A DNA stretch of 64,000 nucleotides from Macrostomum lignano (Eukaryota): assembly GCA_002269645.1 (NCBI GenBank), contig NIVC01002309.1, positions 76,921 to 140,920 of the forward strand, read 5' to 3'. The position numbers were made by a program, and so were the translations under genes. Positions 54,665 to 64,000 of the stretch are shown here, one piece after another (position 1 is the stretch's first letter; each line of letters begins with the position of its first letter). The notes below the pieces were generated by a model. It did no database searches. It worked only from the letters and a program-made list of their open reading frames with translations, and was not told the origin of the DNA.

Positions 54665-54965
54665 TCATATCGGCAATTTGAATTATCAATCGTATAAAAT
54701 TGGTCTAAAATTAACTTTCGATATATATCGACAATTTGAATTTATCACTCGTTTAAAATTGGTCTAAAATAAACTTTCGATACATATCGGCAATTTGAAT
54801 TATCACTCGTTTAAATTGGTCTAAAATTAACTTTCGATACATATCGGCAATTTGAATTATCACTCGTATAAAATTGGTCTAAAATTAACTTTCCATACAT
54901 ATCGGCAATTTAAATTATCACTCATTTATATTGGTGTAAAAATTACTTTCGATACATATCGTCGA
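54665..54965. repeat. Intronic minisatellite, ~57-58-bp unit
   Basis: ATATCGGCAATTTGAATTATCACTCG...AACTTTCGATAC occurs about 5 times. Confidence 0.9.
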
Positions 54966-55128
54966 TATAATTCAATAAAATATCGTTGATCGCTACACAT
55001 ATCCTCTGGATGGACGACCATTGTTTTCTTTTTCACAATACAATAGTAATTTTCGGTACATATCAGCCATGTCTAAATATAAGTCTCACTACACCGAAAA
55101 ATAGTTTTCTATACATATCGACAAGCAC

Positions 55129-55510
55129 CTAGCATCGAGCAGCTGCTGCCGGCTTTCATCGTCGGCCTGGCCGTCTCCGTCGCCAGCACTGCGCCGCAGG
55201 TGAACTCGATAGCTGACGCTGCCAGAATAGTCCGAGCTCTGGCCCGGCCTGAGCTGCGGCTGCTTCGCTGGAGCTCCTCCTGCGGCGGCCATCTGTCCCG
55301 CGTAGCTGCTGCTCTGAGTAAAGTACACCGAGTCCGCTACAACGCCGTCTCGTTGATCGGTGCAGACACCGCCGATTCTTGCAACGCCGCCGACTCCGCC
55401 GCCGCCGCTTTTGCTAGATCTGAGTAGAGAGCGCGACATCTGCTGATAGTCGATTGCTTGATAGTCGTGATGGGCAGCAGCCGAGTCTGCCGACATTTGG
55501 CGACGAAAGC
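55129..55510 (-). CDS. Dscam: Dscam-like receptor, cytoplasmic exon
   Basis: Boundaries ttttctcag|GC TTT CGT ... GCT AG|gtgctt, 382 nt, phase 1/2, consistent with both neighbours. It overlaps ORF 55089..55577. Confidence 0.75.
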
Positions 55511-55539
55511 CTGAGAAAAGGGGGAAGCGCGAGGAACAC

Positions 55540-56050
55540 GCACTGTCACATGTCACATCCTGGTCAGGAACACACACTGTTAAATGTCACATCCTGGTCA
55601 GGAACACACACTGTTAAATGTCACATCCTGGTCAGGAACACACACTGTTAAATGTCACATCCTGGTCAGGAACACACACTGTTAAATGTCACATCCTGGT
55701 CAGGAACACACAGTGTTAAATGTCACATCCTGGTCAGGAACACACACTGTTAAATGTCACATCCTGGTCAGGAACATACACAGTCAAATGTCACATCCTG
55801 GTCAAGAACACACACTGTTAAATGTCACATCCTGGTCAAGAACACACAGTGTTAAATGTCACATCCTGGTCAGAAACACACAGTGTTAAATGTCACATCC
55901 TGGTCAGGAACACGCACTGTCAAATGTTACATCCTGGTCAGGAACACACACTGTTAAATTTCACATCCTGGTCAAGAACACGCACTGTCAAATGTCACAT
56001 CCTGGTCAGAAACACAGTGTTAAATGTCACATCCTGGTCAGGAACACAGG
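55540..56050. repeat. Intronic minisatellite, 34-bp unit (TGTCACATCCTGGTCAGGAACACACACTGTTAAA)
   Basis: About 15 tandem copies. Confidence 0.93.
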
Positions 56051-56193
56051 GTCCAGTGTCACATCCCATGTCTGGAGCACACTGTCGAACGCTACATCCT
56101 ATTTAAAGATACACGCCTACTGTCTGTCTATCCAAGGTAATCTCTGATTGTGCCAATCAGAAACAGTTGTCAAGACTAAAAAATCGGTGTCAC

Positions 56194-57536
56194 CTCGATA
56201 GCCGCCACGCCCTCCATAGTAACTAGCCGACGCGGAACTAGCCGATGGTCGACAAGTGAACGGCATCGCACAGCCGCTATCTCCCATCGAGGAGCCACCG
56301 TAGTGCCCGTTGCTGCTGCTGCTGCCACCACCGTTGTCTTGATGTCGCCGATAGGCAGAGCTGAGCAGTTCGTCTCTGCAACCGATCAGCTGGTTCTGCT
56401 GGTGCTGTGGTTGTCGCTGCAGAAGGGACGGCAATCGATAAGGCTGCTGTTGCTGCTGCTGCTGCGCCTGCTGCAGATTTTGAGCCTCCGCCGGGTCCGG
56501 TCGAATCCTGCAGGCGTAGAAGCGCAACTCGCCGTGCGAATCGACCGAGCCAACGGAATCGGCGTCCGGATCGCCTCGTTCCGAGCTGCTGCCGCCCCCG
56601 ACGCCCCCGTTCAACGCCGCGCTCGCCGCTGTTGTCGAAGCGGTGACACCCGGCTTCGGCGACCGATCGACGCAGCCGAAGAACGATCGTCGGGCGAATA
56701 CAATGCCGATCACGACGGCGAAAACGGCTGCCACAACCGCGACTGCGCAGATGATTAGGAAAGCCTTCGGGATTTTCCCGTTGGTGCCAACATCGCCACC
56801 GCTGCCGCCATCTCCGCTACTTGGCCAAGCGGCCACGGGTGGCGGTGCCGGCGGAGAGCGACGTCCAACAGCGCCGGCGTAGTGGAATTTCCTGCCGCGT
56901 TGCCCGCCACGACGCGTAGTCGGAGCCGAGACTGCCGAGTGAGCGGCAGCCGCAGGTTGTGCGCCAGCGACAGCAGCCGTCCAGCTGTAAGTCGCAGACT
57001 CGAGCCGCTGCCGTTGTCCCCGTCGAAAACTGCGGCAACGATTGAAGCGTCGCTACTGCGACCTGTGGCGTAGACGAAGAAGCGTTCAGCTGGGCAGCCG
57101 AGGCCGGGAAGAAACGCGGCTGTCAGGTTCAGCACCACGTCGCCAAGAGCGGTCTCCCTGACTACCAGGCCCGAGCCCGTCACGGCAGAGACCGCTGGCG
57201 ACGGAGCCGCGCCTGGAGCTCGCATGCGCAACGGGCCGGCGAAGGCGCTGCGCAAACCGAAGGCGTTGACAACTCGGGCGCGAAATTCCACAGCGGAGCC
57301 GCAGGCGACTGGATCGAGCAGGTGCGACCGGTTGCCGGGATGGAGGTCCAGGGTTCGAGACTCAGTCTCCCCGTTGTGCAAGTTGGTGTAGCGCAGCTCC
57401 AGTTCGGTTAGCCGGGCGCCTTCCCGAGTGGCCACCGAGGCTGCGGGCCCCGCCTGGGTGCCGGACAGTCGCCAGAGAATCTCGAGGGATGTCAGGGTGA
57501 CGCGGCCAGGCAGAAGTTGCGGCGGACTCGGCGTGG
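56194..57536 (-). CDS. Dscam: Dscam-like receptor, exon encoding FN3-5, FN3-6, TM and proximal tail, with an apparent 1-nt deletion near 56860
   Basis: Boundaries cttccgcag|CC ACG CCG ... CGA G|gtgaca. Length 1343 is one short of the 1344 required for phase 1/1. FN3 motifs (LEILWR, FRARVVNAFG, LRVVAGNAAG) are in one frame and the TM AFLIICAVAVVAAVFAVVIGIVFA is in the next. Confidence 0.8.
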
Positions 57537-57889
57537 CTGCGGAAGAGACCAGGGATTCATTTGTCTGACCAGCGCTGACGGCAATTGTGCACATTCCGCT
57601 GACTCATGAGCACAGACAAGCGCGCCAATACTGTACTCAGGCACAGCATTCACGCACACGCTCCCACGGGTGTACAGCGGCCGTTTGATTTCTAATCGTC
57701 AGGCATGTACACTCCCTGTGCCTTGGGGATTGGCCCTCATAACTGCATGTGTGGGTGATTAACAAATTGATACTTACGCCTTAGGTCCGGGTCTAAAAAA
57801 TGAAAAAAAGAACGGAATGTACTTTGAAATGCTTTTCGAACTACTTAACAAACCAAAGCTACAAAAGGAACATAGAATTGGCGTCTTAC

Positions 57890-58014
57890 TGAAAACTTCA
57901 ACGGAGTGACTAATGTGATCTGAGCTGTCAGCTGTGACGCAGCTGTACTGCCCGCTGCTCTGCGCAGATTCGATGAGCAATGATCCGTTCGACAGAACTT
58001 GCTTTTTAGACGAG
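57890..58014 (-). CDS. Dscam: Dscam-like receptor, second half of the membrane-proximal Ig domain
   Basis: Boundaries aatttcag|C TCG TCT ... TTC A|gtaaga, phase 2/1. It encodes VLSNGSLLIESAQSSGQYSCV. Confidence 0.85.
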
Positions 58015-58099
58015 CTGAAATTTTCATTTTTATGAGATTTTGAAGTGCAATACAACTCCCAAATCCTAAGCGACGACGTCTGACACAAACAGCAATATT

Positions 58100-58885
58100 C
58101 TATGACACCCAAAGCGACACCTCCTGAAACCCAAAGCGACACCTCCTGAAACCCAAAGCGACACCTCCTGAAACCCAAAGCGACACCTCCTGAAACCCAA
58201 AGCGACACCTCCTGAAACCCAAAGCGACACCCTTCCTGACACCCAAAGCGACACCTCCTGTTACCCAAAGCGACACCTCCTGTTACCCAAAGCGACACCC
58301 TTCCTGACACCCAAAGCGACACCCTTCCTAACACCCAAAGCGACACCCTTCCTGACACCCAAAGCGACACCTCCTGAAACCCAAAACGACACCTCCTGAA
58401 ATCCAAAGCGACACCTCCTGAAACCCAAAGCGACACCCTCCTTGTCACCTAAAGCGACACTCTCCTGACACCCAAAGCGACACCCTCCTGACACCCAAAG
58501 CGACACCCTTCCTGACACCCAAAGCGACACCTTTCCTGACACCCAAAGCGACACCCTTCCTGACACCCAAAGCGACACCCTTCCTGACACCCAAAGCGAC
58601 ACCTCCTGACACCCAAAGCGACACCTCCTGAAACCCAAAGCGACACCTCCTGAAACCCAAAGCGACACCCTTCCTGACACCCAAAGCGACACCCTTCCTA
58701 ACACCCAAAGCGACACCCTTCCTGACACCCAAAGCGACACCTCCTGAAACCCAAAACGACACCTCCTGAAATCCAAAGCGACACCTCCTGAAACCCAAAG
58801 CGACACCCTCCTTGTCACCTAAAGCGACACTCTCCTGACACCCAAAGCGACACCCTCCTGACACCCAAAGCGACACCCTCCTGAC
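58100..58885. repeat. Intronic minisatellite, ~22-24-bp unit (ACCCAAAGCGACACCTCCTGAA)
   Basis: The array fills the intron and begins a few nt from the donor at 58891. Confidence 0.93.
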
Positions 58886-58891
58886 ACTCAC

Positions 58892-59015
58892 TCGACCGGC
58901 GGTCCCTGCCACTGAGCTTCGTGGCTGCCGTCGCCAACAATCGAACAGTCCAAAGTCAGCGACGAACCGCGAGCGACTCTCGAAGCGCTTGGCAGGCTGG
59001 CTACTCTGAGCGGCT
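58892..59015 (-). CDS. Dscam: Dscam-like receptor, first half of the membrane-proximal Ig domain (not in the ORF track)
   Basis: Boundaries aaaacag|AG CCG CTC ... GTC GA|gtgagt, 124 nt, phase 1/2. It encodes PLRVASLPSASRVARGSSLTLDCSIVGDGSHEAQWQGPPV. Confidence 0.85.
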
Positions 59016-59167
59016 CTGTTTTGTAATTAAAAGTTGAGAACGTTGAGAATTTTGATTCGAATAAATTTAAATTTTAACTCAAAATATTCAAACTACACTA
59101 CTTGAATTCACCGTTGTGAGTAGCAATCATGAAATATTTAACAAAGCTACTATTAACGAAAACTCAC

Positions 59168-59641
59168 GAGTCCCTTCGGTGGGGGTGAACAAAACCCAGG
59201 GCCCGAAGTCGCCAATGAGCTGCGTGTTGACAGCGCGCACCCGAAATCGGCAGAGTGCACCGACTTGGATCCCATTGATCAGCACCATGGTTCTGTGTGG
59301 CGGAGCTACCGGCATCAACTTGCTGAAGTTTCCCGCGTCGCTCAGTCCTCCATCGCATCTGGCTTGCAAATCGTAGCGTAACAGTTCGCCGTTCGGTCGA
59401 TCTGTCTGGCGCCAGGCTAGCGCCACGGCGCTAGAATTGGCGCCGAACGGGCGAATATCTGCTGGCGGAATCGGCGCCGAAGAATGGGTCCGACAGAAGG
59501 CCGCTGGGCGGGACAGCGGCGAGCGACCTTTCGAGTTTGAGACCGACACTGAGACTGAGTAGTTTGTGAACGGGCTGAGGCCCAAGATCACGTGATGCCG
59601 TTGCTGCCCGCTAATTTCGACTTCAACCGCGGAGGATTCGT
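59168..59641 (-). CDS. Dscam: Dscam-like receptor, end of FN3-3 plus FN3-4
   Basis: Boundaries tttttcag|AC GAA ... ACT C|gtgagt, 474 nt, phase 1/1. It encodes LGLSPFTNYSVSVSVSNSKG, LAWRQTDRPNGELLRY and FRVRAVN. Confidence 0.9.
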
Positions 59642-59689
59642 CTGAAAAAAAGTAACTTTTTGGAAAGTAAAGAGACTAAGAATTCAGAA

Positions 59690-59920
59690 AGCTGGGACCT
59701 TGGTGATGAAGCTGGATGGATCTGCAGTGATGAGGCTGAGAATTCAGGAAGCTGGGACCTTAGTGATGAAGCTCGATGGATCTGCAGTGATGAGGCTGAG
59801 AATTAAGGAAGCTGGGACCTTAGATGAAGCTTGATGGATCTGCAGTGATGAGGCTGAGAATTCAGGAAGCTGGGACCCTAGTAATGAAGCTGGATGGATC
59901 CGCAGTGATGAGACTGGAAA
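59690..59920. repeat. Intronic minisatellite, 60-bp unit, about 4 copies
   Basis: The lines beginning at 59701 and 59761 are near-identical at a 60-bp period. Confidence 0.9.
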
Positions 59921-59976
59921 TTCAGCAAGTTAATAATTCAAAGTTCAAGCAAGTTATAAAATTTGATCAACCGTAC

Positions 59977-60129
59977 CTTGCCCAACCAGGTCAGCAGCCT
60001 GCATGTACTGCAGCTGGTACGCAACAAGCCGACCGTTGAGGCTCTTCTGAGGCGGCTCCGTCCATGTGACCCTCACTCGGTCTTCGCCCTCAGCCTGGCA
60101 GCGAACTTCGCTTGGCGGCGACATTGGGG
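59977..60129 (-). CDS. Dscam: Dscam-like receptor, first half of FN3-3
   Basis: Boundaries atgtcag|CC CCA ATG ... CAA G|gtacgg, 153 nt, phase 1/1. It encodes PMSPPSEVRC...VRVTWTEPPQKSLNGRLVAYQLQY. Confidence 0.9.
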
Positions 60130-60239
60130 CTGACATGGGAATGCGAGTCGAATGCTTGCTTATCAGTGTCTTAACTCAGGATTAACGCTCCATTTTTCAT
60201 TAATTTCCATCCCTCATCTCTTTTTACCCGTTCCAGTTC

Positions 60240-60715
60240 CTGATTCCCAATTCCACAATCTCAATTCCCCAATCCCGATTCCCCTATCCTGATTTCCCTA
60301 ATCCAAATTCCCCAATCTCGATTCCCCAATCCCGATTCCCTATCCCGATTCCCCTATCCCGATTACCCTATCCCGATTCCCTATCCCGATTCCCCTATCC
60401 CGATTACCCCAATCCAAATTCCCCAATCCCAATTCCCCAATCCTAATTTCTCAATCCTAATTCCCAAATCCCAATTCCCCAATCCCAACTCTTCAATCCC
60501 AATTCCTCTAATCCCAACTCCTTAATCTCGTTTCCTCAATCTCAATTTCTCAATCCTAATTCCCCACTCCCAATTTCCCAATCCCAATTACTCAATCCCA
60601 ATTCCCTAATAACAAATTCCTAATCCTGATTCCTCAATCCCAATTCTCAAATCCCAAATTCCCAATCCAAATTCCCTAATCTAAAATTTCTAATCCCAAT
60701 CCCCAATCCCACTTC
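60240..60715. repeat. Intronic degenerate ~13-bp repeat (CCCAATCCCAATT)
   Basis: Seen directly in the sequence. Confidence 0.85.
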
Positions 60716-60728
60716 GACTCCCGCTCAC

Positions 60729-61417
60729 CGGATCCCAGAGTCCTGGCCACAGCGCACGCGGGCGGCCCCTCTCCCACAGCATTGGCCGGGATAACTCTCA
60801 GTTGATAGTCGGACATTGTCCGCAACCGATCCCGACCGAAGCCGCCGCCAATCACGGCGGTGAGAGCCGGCGTCTTAGTTGCCAATAGGAACCTGCTAGT
60901 GGATGACCCGCCGCCGCTGTCGCCAGCTAATCCTGGGGGACAGTCGGCGGGCAGTTCGCCCAACTCCAGCCGGCGATAGTGTACAGTGTAGTTGGTCAGT
61001 CGGCCGTTCATCAGCTGAGCATCGGGTGGATCCCAGTTGAGCACCAGCTTCACGCCGCCATCCCGAGACTGCGCATCTTCGATCGGAGACAGTTCCACCG
61101 GAGTGGCTGAAACTCGCAGGTTTCTCACAGGACCAGCCGGCGGCTTCTCCAGGGTGGCCACTCGGCGGAGACTGCCGGACCTTCGCCGACGCTGTTCACC
61201 GCCGAGATGCGGAACACGAGTTGACGGCCAGGACGAAGACCCCGGACAGTCAGGCTGCGAGCGTCACCTGCCGTGGTGGCTGCCACAGTTTCCTGCGAGG
61301 CGATAGAAAAGCCCGGATCCGAGGCGCTTTCATCGGTGTAGACAACTTTGTAGGCCGTGACTGGCTTGTGCCCGTTTCTGGGCGGCGGCTCCCACTGCAG
61401 CGTGGCCCAATCGGCTC
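60729..61417 (-). CDS. Dscam: Dscam-like receptor, FN3-1 plus FN3-2 exon, with an apparent 1-nt deletion near 61161
   Basis: Boundaries ccactccag|GA GCC GAT TGG ... TCC G|gtgagc. Length 689 is one short of 690. ADWATLQWEPPPRNGHKPVTAYKV...FRISAVNSVGEGP is in one frame and VATLEKPPAGPVRNL...LNWDPPDAQLMNGRLTNY...ANAVGEGP is in the next. Confidence 0.82.
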
Positions 61418-61499
61418 CTGGAGTGGTTCAGCGTTTTGTTTAGTATGCTGGTCCGTACAGATGTGCCTATCGGCTTTTGTGGAGGTTTGTAGGCTGTTG

Positions 61500-61880
61500 G
61501 CGCGTGTTTGGGTGTTGGGGTATTTTGGGGGTTTGCTGTGGGTTTGAGGGGTTGGCGTGCGTTTGCGGTGCTGGCGTGTGTTTGGGGGTTTGGCGTGTGT
61601 TTGGGGGATTGGCGTGTTTTGGGGGTTGGCGCGTGTTTGGGGTGTTGGCGTGTGTTTGGGGTTGGCGTGTGTTTGGGGTTGGTGTGTGTTTGGGGTGTTG
61701 GCGTGTGTTTGGGGTTGGTGTGTGTTTGGGGTGTTGGCGTGTGTTTGGGGTTGGCGTGTGTCTGGGGTTGGCGTGTGTTTGGGTGGCGTGTGTTTGGGGT
61801 TGGCGTGTGTTTGAGGAGGGTTTGCGTGTGTTTCGGGGTTTTGACAAGTGTTTGGGGAGGTTTGCATGTGTTTGAAGCGT
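61500..61880. repeat. Intronic minisatellite, ~17-bp GT-rich unit (GGCGTGTGTTTGGGGTT)
   Basis: Seen directly in the sequence. Confidence 0.9.
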
Positions 61881-61990
61881 TGGCGTGTGTTTTTCGGGTT
61901 AAACGTGCAGTGGCGGTTCAAAAAATAGTTTCGCTTATAAAAAAGCCACTCAAAATACTAACCGGCATCAGTAGGCTGAAACGACCTTAC

Positions 61991-62222
61991 TGGCCCGGGA
62001 GCTCACAACCACAATATCAATGCTTCTCTCGCTATAGCCTCCGGTGCCCCGGCTATTAAAGATATTGTATTGATTCGAGGCTCGACAGGTGTAGCGACCG
62101 CTGAGGCCGGCATTGGCCCGGCGCAGTTCCAGAGTTTGCGACCCAAAGCCGCTGAGGCCGATGCTGGCACCGAAGCCGGAGTTGCCGTTGCCCAGGTCCT
62201 GATCCTCGGTGTAGATACCGAC
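61991..62222 (-). CDS. Dscam: Dscam-like receptor, second half of the Ig domain preceding the FN3 array
   Basis: The acceptor caaccag|GTC GGT is in phase 0. It encodes TLELRRANAGLSGRYTCRASN...SIDIVV. The best donor is GCC A|gtaagg (phase 1), but the exact 3' end is uncertain. Confidence 0.8.
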
Positions 62223-62525
62223 CTGGTTGTAGGTCGTTATAATGCTTTTATGCAATGCTCTCAGTGTAAATAGTCATCTAGCCGTCCTTCAAACTAGCTC
62301 GTAGAAATCCACCATAGAGATCCCAAATGGGAGAAATCCCCAAATCTAGAAATCCCACAATAGAATAACAAATGGAAGAAATACCCGAAATCTAGAAAAC
62401 TCACAATGGAAATAACAAATGGGAAGAATACTCAATCTACGGGCTAGAAATAACACCATAAAGAACTTAATTGGGAAGAATCCCTAAATTAGAACTCCAC
62501 AATGAGATCAATATAGAGATCTCAC

Positions 62526-62860
62526 CTGTCTACAGTCGCCATCGACTCTGCACAGCGAGTGTCCGCCAGCCTGGTAAGCTGCAAACCATTGGAACGTCAT
62601 GGGCAGCTCGCCTTTGGCGCGGCAGGGAATCGACACGGTGCTGCCGGCGGTGACTTCCAGTCGAGGCTCGCCGTCGAACGGCAGCACCCCCGGCAGGCGG
62701 ATCACCGGATTAAACGTTGTCGAACGAGCTACGGAACGGTAGAAACCGGCACAGAGGAAGCTGCGATCGTCCAGGCTGACTGCTGAGATTCTCAACGTCG
62801 CGTTTGGAAACTGCGACACCCTGGCCGGGCCGCTGGCGTTGTACATCGGCACTCGGGACT
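62526..62860 (-). CDS. Dscam: Dscam-like receptor, end of one Ig domain and start of the next; the gene continues upstream
   Basis: Boundaries cttcgcag|AG TCC CGA ... AGA CAG|gtgaga, 335 nt, phase 1/0. It encodes FPNATLRISAV..., then EVTAGSTVSIPCRAKGELPMTFQW. Confidence 0.85.
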
Positions 62861-63021
62861 CTGCGAAGCATTTAGTTTTATAGTTGGCTTTTTCAGTGCA
62901 ACTGGCATAAAAAACTTTGCTAGCTACTAACTTGAAAATCGACAGTAGGGAACTTCGAGTATTAATTTGTGAATTAATTGCCGTTTTCCATCGATAGAAG
63001 TCCCTGTTACGCTGTTAGATA

Positions 63022-63665
<644 letters not shown>

Positions 63666-64000
63666 GATGTGAATGCCGATGTGAATGCAGAAGAATCAGA
63701 GTTGCCTGTGTCAGGCCTGCTGAGTCATGGCAAGCATGGCATTGCGTACAGCGGCTGCATTTGAAATTTTCCAGACCAGAGAGGACAGGGGGACTGCAGG
63801 AAGCGTGGGGTGGATTAGCTGTTTGAAATCAAATGGATGCTAGATTTTTGCTTTTGATTTTTTTGCTTCTGATTGACTTCTTCAATGGAGGAAAATAGAA
63901 TGGGCAAGCAGGGTGCACAGCCGATCTGGATTTTTTATCGTGAGGCAAGTGTACGCACAGGAAGTGAGAGACAGAGTGAGAGACGGAGTGAGAGACGGGG

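Noticed and set aside
56850-61170. Tiny introns or programmed frameshifting as the explanation for the Dscam frame changes
   Set aside because: The only GT..AG pair at 61161 is 12 nt. The 43-nt candidate near 56860 splices into a TAG stop. No slippery heptamer is visible at either site.

Overview
This is animal genomic DNA, not prokaryotic. GC-rich exons with poly-Ala/Gln/His tracts sit among AT-rich introns full of mini- and microsatellites. The style suggests a free-living flatworm such as Macrostomum, which is inference only. Three genes can be rebuilt by hand from GT-AG boundaries and exon phase. (1) A class IIa histone deacetylase (HDAC4/5/7/9-like) on the minus strand has 5 coding exons at 10502-2283 and about 913 aa, and keeps the catalytic Tyr (LEGGYDL). 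(2) An intronless stomatin/MEC-2-like SPFH gene lies on the plus strand at 34544-35842. (3) The 3' part of a Dscam-type receptor lies on the minus strand at 62860-54535: Ig, Ig, 4xFN3, Ig, 2xFN3, TM and a tail ending ...NYEDIFTVV*. It has 10 exons, and two of them are each exactly one base short. Mobile DNA includes a 5'-truncated Penelope-like element carrying a minimal hammerhead ribozyme motif, a decayed RTE-type LINE with a candidate TSD, a tRNA-derived SINE and several hAT-like MITEs, four with perfect 8-bp TSDs and some nested. Nearly every intron carries its own private tandem repeat, including a 3.1-kb hairpin-forming 35/42-bp satellite. There is no CRISPR array, and most ORFs in the supplied track are repeat artefacts. 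I see no demonstrably new multi-gene system. The best leads are the frameshifted Dscam, the ribozyme-bearing Penelope remnant, the intron-specific satellites and one orphan ORF.
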